A stretch of DNA of 64,000 nucleotides from assembly GCA_046482545.1 (NCBI GenBank), contig JAWOEX010000022.1:53817-117816 (forward strand), in the 5' to 3' direction. Made by a program: the position numbers and the translations under genes. Each line of letters starts with the position of its first letter. Position 1 is the first letter of the stretch. Shown here one piece after another: positions 19,646 through 28,023 of the stretch. The notes below the pieces were generated by a model that saw only the letters and a list, made by a program, of their open reading frames with translations, was not told the origin of the DNA and searched no databases. This DNA comes from Candidatus Thorarchaeota archaeon (GTDB lineage Archaea; Asgardarchaeota; Thorarchaeia; Thorarchaeales; Thorarchaeaceae).

Positions 19646-19721
19646 TGGTAGCCCCGCCAGGATTCGAACCTCGGTCTGCGGGACCAAAACCCGCAATGCT
19701 GGACCACTACACCACGGGGCT
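19646..19721 (-). tRNA. tRNA-Gln (anticodon TTG), CCA encoded
   Basis: Minus-strand sequence AGCCCCGTGGTGTAGTGGTCCAGCATTGCGGGTTTTGGTCCCGCAGACCGAGGTTCGAATCCTGGCGGGGCTACCA. The acceptor stem is 7 bp, the anticodon stem GCGGG/CCCGC, the loop TTTTGGT and the T-loop TTCGAAT. It is close to known archaeal tRNA-Gln sequences. Confidence 0.8.
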
Positions 19722-19845
19722 GTGATTAACGGCTTTCCCAAGTGGTGGTTTGGGTATGGTTATCCACCATGCTGTGAGTGCAGGAGTATTGACAATATTA
19801 CTGTTTCTGAATGGCAGGCTTTCAATTCCCTATTTCATAGCACTG

Positions 19846-20166
19846 TTACTCATCCATCTCTAGTCCGAATGGGATGCCATCCGCCAAGATTCTAGTAGGG
19901 ATATCCTCCTTCCATTTCTCAAGAAATGTAGTTTCTTCTTTCTTCTGTTTCTTTTCTTTTCGAAGATTATCGGGAAGCATACAGGGTATGCCATCGATAA
20001 CTGGATACCAGCGTTCGCAATTAGGACACGTGATAAGCGCGGCATCGATTTCCTCAACCATCCCATCATCCGTTTGGTGGGTGTGTGATTCGAAAACTTC
20101 AAGATTAAGACTGCTTCTGCAATCTTCAATGGGACAGACTAGGATTTCCATAAGCCAGCGCTTCAC
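19846..20166 (-). CDS. Trm112-family zinc-ribbon protein with a C-terminal KE-rich extension
   Basis: ILVCPIEDC…LITCPNCERWYPVIDGIPCMLPD matches the Trm112/DUF343 pattern. Confidence 0.65.
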   Translation of the reverse strand: MKRWLMEILVCPIEDCRSSLNLEVFESHTHQTDDGMVEEIDAALITCPNCERWYPVIDGIPCMLPDNLRKEKKQKKEETTFLEKWKEDIPTRILADGIPFGLEMDE

Positions 20167-20312
20167 ACATCTTCTCTCCTGTACGAAGCTTTCACGGTAT
20201 TACAATTTAAGAATGCTCCTCACCAATAACAGAACAACCTCGTTGAATGGGAAAGCCTATTTGTTGGAATCAACGTGGCGGATTAGGGATGAACCTCTCT
20301 GGAGGAAGTTGA

Positions 20313-21710
20313 ATGAAACATAAGCATCCGTATCTTCCCATAACGGCTGAAAACCAGAAAGAGATGCTCGAGTCTATTGCCGAGAAAAACATTGAGGGTC
20401 TTTTTAGTGATATACCCAAGGAATTCCGTCTTCAAGACAAGCTAGACTTGCCTGATTCACATACTGAAGAAGAAGTAAGCCGGCGATTGAAGGAACTTGC
20501 TTCTAAGAATATACAAGCGGAACCTAGAAGCAATTTTTTGGGCGGCGGTGTATACATGCATTACATTCCGGCAGCTGTTCCCGCCCTAGCAAAGCGCTCC
20601 GAGTTTGTCACTTCATACACAAGCTACCAATCGGAAATAAGCCAAGGCATGTTGCAAACGCTTTTTGAGTATCAGAGTATGCTCGCAGAGATTTTGCAGA
20701 TTGATGTTGTAAACAGCAGTATGTACGATATGGCCAGCGCCTTGGGGGAGGCTGCAAGGATGACATCTCGGATAAAGAAGAAACGAGAGCGTTTTCTGGT
20801 TCCTCAATACATGAATCCTAATCACCTGAGGGTTCTTGAGACGTACGTTGAATCTACGGACATTGAAGTAGAAAAAATCCAACAAGATCCCGAGAGTGGT
20901 CTCTCAATCCTTGATGATCTGAAATCCAGAATTGATGATGATGTAGCTGGAGTGTACATAGAGATTCCATCGTATTTCGGAGTTATTGAGAATCAAGTAG
21001 ACGAAATGAGCAACATAGTCCATGAAGCAGGCTCTTTGCTGGTTGCCGGAGTAGACATTCTATCAATGGGCCTCATTCGTCCTCCTGGAGATTATGATGC
21101 CGACATCGTTATTGCAGAAGGCCAACCCTTGGGATCGCCTGCTTCATATGGCGGTCCATTGTTGGGCATTTTTGGCTGTAAAGGGAAAAGGGGGATAATA
21201 CGCCAGATGCCTGGCCGCCTAGTTGGCCTAACTCGAACAAAGGAACAGCCCTATGAACGAGGGTATGTACTCACACTAGTACCGAGGGAACAACACATCC
21301 GTCGAGAAAAAGCAACAAGCAATATATGTTCTAATCAGGCTCTCATGGCTGTGACTGCAGCAGTCTATCTTTCTCTTCTTACGTCCTCCGGTCTAGAACA
21401 AATGAGCGAGACTATTGCATACAATTCAAAGTACGCAGCTGAGAGACTGAATGAACTGGATGGGGTACTCGCTCCGGCTATTGGTTCTTCAATCTGGAAG
21501 GAATTTGTTGTACAATTTGAAGGAGTTACAGCCCAAGGGGTACATCAAGCGTTATTGAGGAAGGGTATTCACGGAGGGAGACAGCTTGCAGAGACTTTTC
21601 CAGAGCTAGGTGAAAACCTCTTGGTCTGCGTTACGGAACTCCATACAAAAGACGACATAGACGAGCTGGTAAGAACAGTTGAAGCGTATGTTGCAGAGGA
21701 GGCTGAGTAA
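20313..21710 (+). CDS. gcvPA: Glycine dehydrogenase (decarboxylating) subunit 1
   Basis: 465 aa. The N-terminal P-protein region (PYLPITAENQKEMLESI…, SYQSEISQG) and a two-subunit arrangement support the call. Confidence 0.9.
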   Translation: MKHKHPYLPITAENQKEMLESIAEKNIEGLFSDIPKEFRLQDKLDLPDSHTEEEVSRRLKELASKNIQAEPRSNFLGGGVYMHYIPAAVPALAKRSEFVTSYTSYQSEISQGMLQTLFEYQSMLAEILQIDVVNSSMYDMASALGEAARMTSRIKKKRERFLVPQYMNPNHLRVLETYVESTDIEVEKIQQDPESGLSILDDLKSRIDDDVAGVYIEIPSYFGVIENQVDEMSNIVHEAGSLLVAGVDILSMGLIRPPGDYDADIVIAEGQPLGSPASYGGPLLGIFGCKGKRGIIRQMPGRLVGLTRTKEQPYERGYVLTLVPREQHIRREKATSNICSNQALMAVTAAVYLSLLTSSGLEQMSETIAYNSKYAAERLNELDGVLAPAIGSSIWKEFVVQFEGVTAQGVHQALLRKGIHGGRQLAETFPELGENLLVCVTELHTKDDIDELVRTVEAYVAEEAE

Positions 21711-21712
21711 AA

Positions 21713-23275
21713 TTGACGGGTGACGAGAACCGCTACAGGCAAGCGAAATGGGATGTTCCACTTCTTTTCGAGCGATCCAATACCGGGCAAGTTGCCCATT
21801 GGTTCCCCGCTCCAGAAGACGAGATAGTTGAGATGATTGGTTCAGTTGATGGTCTTATTCCTAAGAACATGCGAAGAGATGAGAAACCGGAATTGCCTGA
21901 GATTTCGGAGCCCCAGATAGTGAGGCACTTCACCCGGTTATCACAGATGAATTACTCAGTAACTCAGGGCACATATCCCTTAGGCAGCTGTACTATGAAG
22001 TACAATCCCGTTGTGAATGATCAATGCGCCTCGCTAGATGGATTTACCGATATTCATCCGCTTCAAAATCTTTCTACAACCCAAGGTGCTTTGGAATTAA
22101 TGTGGGAGCTCGAAAACTGGTTGGGTGAGCTCTCTGGCATGGACGCCGTCACACTACAGCCTGCTGCTGGAGCTCAAGGTGAGTTGACCGGCGTCCTGCT
22201 CATTCGAGAGTACCATCGTTGCGTAACCGAAGAGTGTGAACAGCGGTCTGAAATCCTTATCCCTGATTCTGCCCATGGAACAAATCCAGCTTCGGCTGCC
22301 ATGGGCGGGTTTGAAGTAGTGGTACTGCCCTCAAGTGATGAAGGACTTGTAGATACAGATGCATTGCAGGATGCTGTTGGCCCCAAAACAGCGGGCTTGA
22401 TGCTAACCAATCCCAATACAATAGGCATCTTTGAAAAGGACATCGAAGAAATTGCAGGCACTGTTCATGATGAAGGGGGATTGCTGTATTATGACGGTGC
22501 TAACCTGAACGCAATCATGGGAATGACCAGACCTGGCGATATGGGATTTGATATTGTCCATATGAACCTCCACAAGACCATGTCTACTCCTCATGGTGGG
22601 GGTGGACCGGGTGCAGGACCGGTTGGAGTAAAGGATAAGCTTGCAGAATTCTTGCCTGTTCCGCGTATCGTGAAAAAGTCAAATGATAGCTTTACTCTGG
22701 ATTACGATTACCCTTCATCAATTGGTAAGGTTCACGGATTCTTTGGGAATTTCGGAGTGCTCGTACGATCATATGCATATATCTACGCCCTTGGAGCTGA
22801 TGGTTTAAGGGAAGTATCCAAACTTGCTGTTCTAAATGCTAACTACTGTGCTAGGCATATTGAACAGATTAAGGGTTTTAAGCTACCGTACTCACAGAAA
22901 GCCCCTCGAAAACACGAATGTGTCATCTCTGCCCAACAAATGAAGGACGATACTGGCGTCACAGCTATGGATATTGCAAAGCGTCTTCTCGATTTTGGTA
23001 TTCATGCCCCTACTGTGTATTTTCCTCAGATTGTTGACGAAGCTCTTATGATTGAGCCGACTGAAACCGAATCGAAAGAAGACCTTGACTCATTCATAGC
23101 CGCGATGGAGACTATTTCACGAGAAGCGTATGAGACTCCTGAAAAAGTTAAGAATGCTCCGCACTCAACCGCGTTCAGAAGACTCGATGAATACAGAGCT
23201 GCTCATCCAAGAACCCTCACATTATCTTGGAGGATGTACAAGGAACGCATCTCCGAGGAAAATGACGCAAACTGA
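21713..23275 (+). CDS. gcvPB: Glycine dehydrogenase (decarboxylating) subunit 2
   Basis: 520 aa with a PLP-binding region (…HMNLHKTMSTPHGGGGPG…). It starts at TTG 21713, 3 nt after the gcvPA stop. Confidence 0.9.
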   Translation: MTGDENRYRQAKWDVPLLFERSNTGQVAHWFPAPEDEIVEMIGSVDGLIPKNMRRDEKPELPEISEPQIVRHFTRLSQMNYSVTQGTYPLGSCTMKYNPVVNDQCASLDGFTDIHPLQNLSTTQGALELMWELENWLGELSGMDAVTLQPAAGAQGELTGVLLIREYHRCVTEECEQRSEILIPDSAHGTNPASAAMGGFEVVVLPSSDEGLVDTDALQDAVGPKTAGLMLTNPNTIGIFEKDIEEIAGTVHDEGGLLYYDGANLNAIMGMTRPGDMGFDIVHMNLHKTMSTPHGGGGPGAGPVGVKDKLAEFLPVPRIVKKSNDSFTLDYDYPSSIGKVHGFFGNFGVLVRSYAYIYALGADGLREVSKLAVLNANYCARHIEQIKGFKLPYSQKAPRKHECVISAQQMKDDTGVTAMDIAKRLLDFGIHAPTVYFPQIVDEALMIEPTETESKEDLDSFIAAMETISREAYETPEKVKNAPHSTAFRRLDEYRAAHPRTLTLSWRMYKERISEENDAN

Positions 23276-23320
23276 ATGCTTTATCTGCCCTTTCAGCAAT
23301 ACAATCTTAGGATGAGATGA

Positions 23321-23707
23321 ATGCAAATGTCTGAACTTAATCTCAGAAAAGAGGCCGGACGCCATACACTCTTTCTCGATTGCAGGAAAATAGGAGCAGA
23401 CTATCTGACTACTATATATGGTGGAAACCAACATCATATTGGGGGGATAGCTGTGGCATACCAAACCCAAAGCCACTATCATGAGACCTCAACAACGAGC
23501 GTCAATACTTTGGCTCTCCCCGGCCACAAGGACTACATTGTTGCAAATTCTGCAGCTGAGAGAATTACCGAATCTTTGCGTGCACCAGTCATTGTAACAG
23601 CTGGCATCCATTATGACAATGCAACAAAGGCTGAAATCAACCAGATTATCCATGTGGTTGATAATCTGGTGGAAGAAATGATTCGACACTATCAAAAGGC
23701 TGAATAA
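23321..23707 (+). CDS. Conserved hypothetical protein
   Basis: 128-aa ORF with good coding appearance (…GGNQHHIGGIAVAY…PGHKDYIVANSAAERI…VIVTAGIHYD). No family could be assigned from sequence alone. Confidence 0.4.
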   Translation: MQMSELNLRKEAGRHTLFLDCRKIGADYLTTIYGGNQHHIGGIAVAYQTQSHYHETSTTSVNTLALPGHKDYIVANSAAERITESLRAPVIVTAGIHYDNATKAEINQIIHVVDNLVEEMIRHYQKAE

Positions 23708-23735
23708 CTCATCACGCCAAGCTCTCTCTGATTAT

Positions 23736-24038
23736 ATGCAGGTTCGATTCAAGCCCCTCGGGACCCTCAGAAGAAAAATGGGAAAGAGTGAAGTTATTCT
23801 AAAATTGGATGAAGGAGCAACCGTTGGAGATGCTTTAGACAAAGTTCTAGAAGAAAGCGACGCGGAAGTACGGAATCTAGTGAAAAATGAGGGAAAAATC
23901 AGAGGCAATCTTATTCTGATGCTCAACAAGACAAGCATGAGCAGCATTCAGGGGGAGAGTACAAAGCTCAGCGACGGAGATGAAATCGTACTGCTACCTC
24001 ACATTCAAGGGGGCGGAGGTGATTACAGCTGGATGTAA
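23736..24038 (+). CDS. SAMP/MoaD/ThiS-like ubiquitin-fold protein with residues after the di-Gly motif
   Basis: Beta-grasp MoaD-like pattern (VRFKPLGTLRRKMG…ATVGDALDKVLEE…DGDEIVLLPHIQGG). It continues as GGDYSWM after the di-Gly. Confidence 0.7.
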   Translation: MQVRFKPLGTLRRKMGKSEVILKLDEGATVGDALDKVLEESDAEVRNLVKNEGKIRGNLILMLNKTSMSSIQGESTKLSDGDEIVLLPHIQGGGGDYSWM

Positions 24039-25324
24039 GCTACTACATCGAGACTTACGGCTGCTCACTCAATGACGCTGATTCGGATATCATGGCCGGT
24101 GTGATTAACAGGGAAGGTGCAGAACAAGTCTTCAATCAAGAAGATGCTGAAGTGATAATCGTCAACACATGTGGAGTTAAGGAACCAACAGAGGATCGCA
24201 TTATTCATCGGCTGAAAGAGCTTTCTCACATAGGCAAACCTGTAATTGTGGCGGGTTGTCTTCCTAAAATCTCACTAGACAGAATCAAGCGAGCCATTCC
24301 AAATTTTGCAGCAATTCATACTCCACAATCCATCTATTCCATTCCTGCCTCCTTGCGAGCAATTATGGCTGGTGAAAGTGCTATCATCAGGATGAGTGAA
24401 CCTGGGGGCGGCCCCAAGATAGACTCATTGAGACCTCCCCCTCACTCCGTTATCTGCACTATCCCCATTTGTGAAGGTTGCCTCGGTAACTGTGCATATT
24501 GTGCGGTCAGATTTGCCAGAGGCGGAGTTCGTAGCTACAGTATCGACAGAATCATGGAACTGGCAAAACAGTGTATTAAGAGCGGCTATAGCGAGATTCG
24601 GCTAACCTCTCAAGACTCGGGCGTTTACGGACATGACCGAGGAACAAATCTTCTTCGTCTATTGCAGAAGCTCGATACCTTAAGTGGACATCACCGTTTC
24701 CGAGTAGGGATGTTCAACCCAAATTTGGTCTCGCCCTTCTTGGATGACATGGTGAGAGTGATGGCTTCAAATCATTACTTCAACTTCTTTCATATTCCCC
24801 TCCAATCGGGCAGTAACGATGTACTATCAAAAATGAACCGTCATTATACTGTCGAGGAGTGGGGGAATGCTGTAGAATGTATTCGCAAGACGATTCCACA
24901 GGCAACCATTGCTACTGATGTAATTGCTGGATTTCCTGGTGAAACAGAGAGTGATTTTCATCAGACATTGGCTACCCTCAAGGAATACACACCTACTCTA
25001 GTTAATATCTCGAAATATGGAGATCGTCCCAATACCGAGGCATCAAAATCCACACACAAAGTAGATACTCAGGTAAAAAAACAGAGAAGCAGAAAGCTAA
25101 CGAATCTTGTAATAAAGCTGAACTCCGCTAGTAATCGAAGATGGGTAGATTGGATTGGTCCAGTTCTTGTAACCCAACATGGGTCAAAAGGTGGTCTGAT
25201 GGCTCGTAACCCCTCCTATGTACCCGTTATTATACATAATGAGAGTATATCCATAGGCCAAACGGTGAAGGTGAAGATTACCGAAGCTCACAGGACATAC
25301 CTTTCGGGAACGGTCGTCACCTAG
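24023..25324 (+). CDS. Radical-SAM methylthiotransferase (MiaB/RimO family; archaeal/eukaryal MtaB/CDKAL1-like); N-terminal boundary unresolved
   Basis: Radical SAM motif CEGCLGNCAYCAV and MTTase N-domain …EDAEVIIVNTCGVKE. The conserved N-terminal YYIETYGCSLNDADSD is encoded upstream of the first ATG (24092), in a frame that opens at 24023. There is a C-terminal TRAM-like domain. Confidence 0.75.
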   Translation, partial: LQLDVSYYIETYGCSLNDADSDIMAGVINREGAEQVFNQEDAEVIIVNTCGVKEPTEDRIIHRLKELSHIGKPVIVAGCLPKISLDRIKRAIPNFAAIHTPQSIYSIPASLRAIMAGESAIIRMSEPGGGPKIDSLRPPPHSVICTIPICEGCLGNCAYCAVRFARGGVRSYSIDRIMELAKQCIKSGYSEIRLTSQDSGVYGHDRGTNLLRLLQKLDTLSGHHRFRVGMFNPNLVSPFLDDMVRVMASNHYFNFFHIPLQSGSNDVLSKMNRHYTVEEWGNAVECIRKTIPQATIATDVIAGFPGETESDFHQTLATLKEYTPTLVNISKYGDRPNTEASKSTHKVDTQVKKQRSRKLTNLVIKLNSASNRRWVDWIGPVLVTQHGSKGGLMARNPSYVPVIIHNESISIGQTVKVKITEAHRTYLSGTVVT

Positions 25325-26315
25325 GCTCAATATTGACATCGACAATATTACCAGTATTTGCACTCTCTCTAGCAGCTTCTACAATTTTGAGGGCTGCAAC
25401 TCCATCGTCAAGGCCGACTCGCGGTGCTCTCCCAGTTTCGATACTGTTGAGAAAATCGTTTATGACCTCTTGGACTGGTTCGCCATAGACCTTTATTGTT
25501 GCTCCCCTTTCTGGTAGATGAATTGTCTGACTATCGGCTGATGGTTCTTGGTCAAGATCCTGTAACTTGATTATTTGACCGAAAAGATCCAGAATCAGGT
25601 TTCCTTTCCCCCCTGAAGCATCCATGCTTCGCCGTCTTCCAGCATACTGACGTGAAAGGTGGAACACATGCTCGGTGCCATTCTCAAATCGTACCATAAT
25701 CGTCGCAGAATTGAACACTCCTTCCTTTTTGTGCCCTTGGGCATATAGTGTTCCCTTGCCGTGACTAATCCGCGCCATTATGTCGAAATCATGCACGCCA
25801 ATATCCTGAAAGACATCCCCAAGTGAAGGAATCCTACTGGTTTGGACATACCCTCTTCGGTCATGAATGATAGTTCTGGGATCACCAATGGTACCATTGT
25901 TGATTAGATTGAGTGCTCTATCAACCACAGGATTGTAGATTTCGGAATGTGAAACCACCACGCCTATCCCTTTTGCTTTCAGAACACTTGCTACTCTCTT
26001 GGCATCTTCAAGTGTACTCGCAAGCGGCTTTTCAATGAGAAGACCTCTGATAGCATCATATTCTTCAGCAATGGACTGTGCTATCTCAGCATGAGTAGAG
26101 GTTGGTGTTGAAATTATCACTCCGTCGATCTGTTTGCCCTCTATCATTGCTTGATAGCTATCGAACGCGTCGACCCCATATTTGTTGGCAATCAGCGTTG
26201 CCTTTTCTATGTCGATGTCTGCGATTCCGGCGAGGGCGCGCACGTTATGTAGGACTCTTGCATGAATCTGACCCATATTACCGGCGCCGACTATTCCAAT
26301 CTGTGGAGCTTTCAT
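25317..26315 (-). CDS. Gfo/Idh/MocA-family NAD(P)-dependent oxidoreductase
   Basis: N-terminal Rossmann GIVGAGNMG and the family motif …LIEKPLA…. Confidence 0.8.
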   Translation of the reverse strand: MKAPQIGIVGAGNMGQIHARVLHNVRALAGIADIDIEKATLIANKYGVDAFDSYQAMIEGKQIDGVIISTPTSTHAEIAQSIAEEYDAIRGLLIEKPLASTLEDAKRVASVLKAKGIGVVVSHSEIYNPVVDRALNLINNGTIGDPRTIIHDRRGYVQTSRIPSLGDVFQDIGVHDFDIMARISHGKGTLYAQGHKKEGVFNSATIMVRFENGTEHVFHLSRQYAGRRRSMDASGGKGNLILDLFGQIIKLQDLDQEPSADSQTIHLPERGATIKVYGEPVQEVINDFLNSIETGRAPRVGLDDGVAALKIVEAARESANTGNIVDVNIEPR

Positions 26316-26414
26316 CTTCCTATACTCCGCTTATGCTGGAGAGCCATGAAAACTCCCTTTATAGCTTGTCATGGTTATGAAACACCTGCTAGGTAAACTT
26401 CAGTAGAAGTAATA

Positions 26415-26502
26415 TGGTGCGGAGGGCGAGATTTGAACTCGCGAACTCCTACGAGACTAGGCCCTCAACCTAGCACCTTTGGCCTGGCTTGGTAACCTCC
26501 GC
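26415..26502 (-). tRNA. tRNA-Leu (anticodon GAG), long variable arm, CCA encoded
   Basis: GCGGAGGTTACCAAGCCAGGCCAAAGGTGCTAGGTTGAGGGCCTAGTCTCGTAGGAGTTCGCGAGTTCAAATCTCGCCCTCCGCACCA. The anticodon loop is TTGAGGG, the variable arm is 14 nt, and the T-loop is TTCAAAT. Confidence 0.8.
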
Positions 26503-26848
26503 ATATACTCTTAGTAGGGTCGCAGGCCTAGCGGGGCAAGTGACACTTTTTACCTTTTCGGGATGACAATAATCTTGAAAAATAGTAACAGGATGAATGG
26601 GGGAAAAACCCACAAGGAGCGAAGAGAACCTTCGCCTGTACACAACAAACTGGGTTAACCTAACGCCGTGCTCAACTATCTCGTGATAGCTACAAACCAT
26701 TCAAGCGGCGGGAAATCGCGTCTCTTCTTCTGTTTCTTACATTTAGTATCACTCAAATTTATTCACCTCCTACTTCTTAATACATGGGGATTTACACTGA
26801 TAATATCTATGAAATGTATATTGGATGATGTATAGAAATAGAAGTTGA

Positions 26849-26954
26849 TGGAGCCCCGGGCGGGAGTTTCGTCCACACGGATACTGTTATGGAATTCGAA
26901 CCCGCGGTTTTCTGCTTACGAAGCAGACGCCTTCAACCACTTGGCCACCGAGGC
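26849..26954 (-). tRNA. tRNA-Thr (anticodon CGT) with a 29-nt non-canonical intron in the T-loop
   Basis: Exons GCCTCGGTGGCCAAGTGGTTGAAGGCGTCTGCTTCGTAAGCAGAAAACCGCGGGTTCGAA (26895-26954) and TCCCGCCCGGGGCTCCA (26849-26865) join to a 77-nt cloverleaf with T-loop TTCGAAT and U73. The intron (26866-26894) is flanked by a perfect bulge-helix-bulge motif: TTCG/CGAA central helix, bulges AAT and ACT, inner helix TCCA/TGGA. Confidence 0.6.
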
Positions 26955-27033
26955 CCGTCTAATGGCGACTCTCCTTAGTATGGTTATAAACATTTATCAT
27001 TAGACTTCAGGGAGCCATTCATGGAGTGCAGCG

Positions 27034-28023
27034 ATGGAAAATGAGGATATAGGCGAACGGGAATTCTTGTCAAACATCAAACATCTTGTTCGAAAGATAC
27101 CCGGGTCGCGTCTTGGCTTCGATGATGATGCATCTGATATTCCCTTGAACGAGAAGGAGAGCATAGTCATCAATGTAGACACCTTTGTGACAAGTACAGA
27201 CAAGCTTCCTGGGATGAGCTATGCACAAGCTGGACGAAAAACAGCGGTCATGACACTTAGTGATTTAGCTGCAAAAGGTGCCTCTCCTCAGGGTATGCTA
27301 CTATCAGCATGTATTGGCGAAGATTCCGAGACTGAATCCATTTACGAGTGTATTCGTGGTTTCTCACAGTATTGTCTCAAGTCTGATGTACCATTTCTTG
27401 GAGGTGATTTGGGGCACTCGAAGGAGATTATTCTGACAGGTGTTGGCATTGGAACGGCATCACCAGCAGATATTGTGAAACGACGTGGCGCGCAACTAGG
27501 GGACATCATTACGGTTACTGATACTTTCGGTCTAAGTTCGGTGGCATTCAAAGTTCTGATTGATGGTTATTCCGCAGAAGAGAACCTGAGGAACAGAGCC
27601 ATCAAGGCAGCATACAAACCCAGTATTCATCCGCGTATCATCTCAGAACTATCGAAGGATTCCTTAGTAACCTCTTCAATGGATAGCAGTGATGGTCTTG
27701 GTATCACCTTGAATACCATGGCACAACACAGCGGCAATCTCTTTTTGATAGACCGATTGCCTGTTGCTGCTGGTGTGGAGGGATTCGCTGAGAGCCATGA
27801 CCTTGATGTCATGGAGTTGGTCATGCAAGGCGGAGAAGAATTCAGTTTGGTACTTACAGTCTTACCGGACCAGTGGGATGATGCTGTAGCAATTGCAGAA
27901 CGCGAAGGGACAAAACTACTACCTATAGGAAAAGTGAGAGAAGGATCTGGAGTCAGATATATGAGCGATTCCACTGAAACAGTAATTCCAGCAAAGGGCT
28001 ATGATGTTCTTAAGAAGGGGTGA
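27034..28023 (+). CDS. AIR-synthase-related (PurM-like) protein, thiamine-monophosphate kinase-like
   Basis: PurM-like N and C domains (…DDASDI…, VDTFVTSTD, GGDLGHS, DSSDGLG). Assignment as ThiL rather than HypE or SelD is tentative. Confidence 0.55.
   Translation: MENEDIGEREFLSNIKHLVRKIPGSRLGFDDDASDIPLNEKESIVINVDTFVTSTDKLPGMSYAQAGRKTAVMTLSDLAAKGASPQGMLLSACIGEDSETESIYECIRGFSQYCLKSDVPFLGGDLGHSKEIILTGVGIGTASPADIVKRRGAQLGDIITVTDTFGLSSVAFKVLIDGYSAEENLRNRAIKAAYKPSIHPRIISELSKDSLVTSSMDSSDGLGITLNTMAQHSGNLFLIDRLPVAAGVEGFAESHDLDVMELVMQGGEEFSLVLTVLPDQWDDAVAIAEREGTKLLPIGKVREGSGVRYMSDSTETVIPAKGYDVLKKG

Noticed and set aside
19874-20323. 149-aa plus-strand ORF overlapping Trm112 and the tRNA-Gln flank
   Set aside because: Its product is Ser/Phe-rich and low-complexity. 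The minus-strand ORF has the conserved Trm112 zinc-ribbon motifs.
26470-26700. 76-aa minus-strand ORF overlapping tRNA-Leu
   Set aside because: It overlaps a confidently folded tRNA gene and has no coding signal. The 345-bp tRNA-Leu/tRNA-Thr spacer shows no integrase or attachment-like features that I could recognise.
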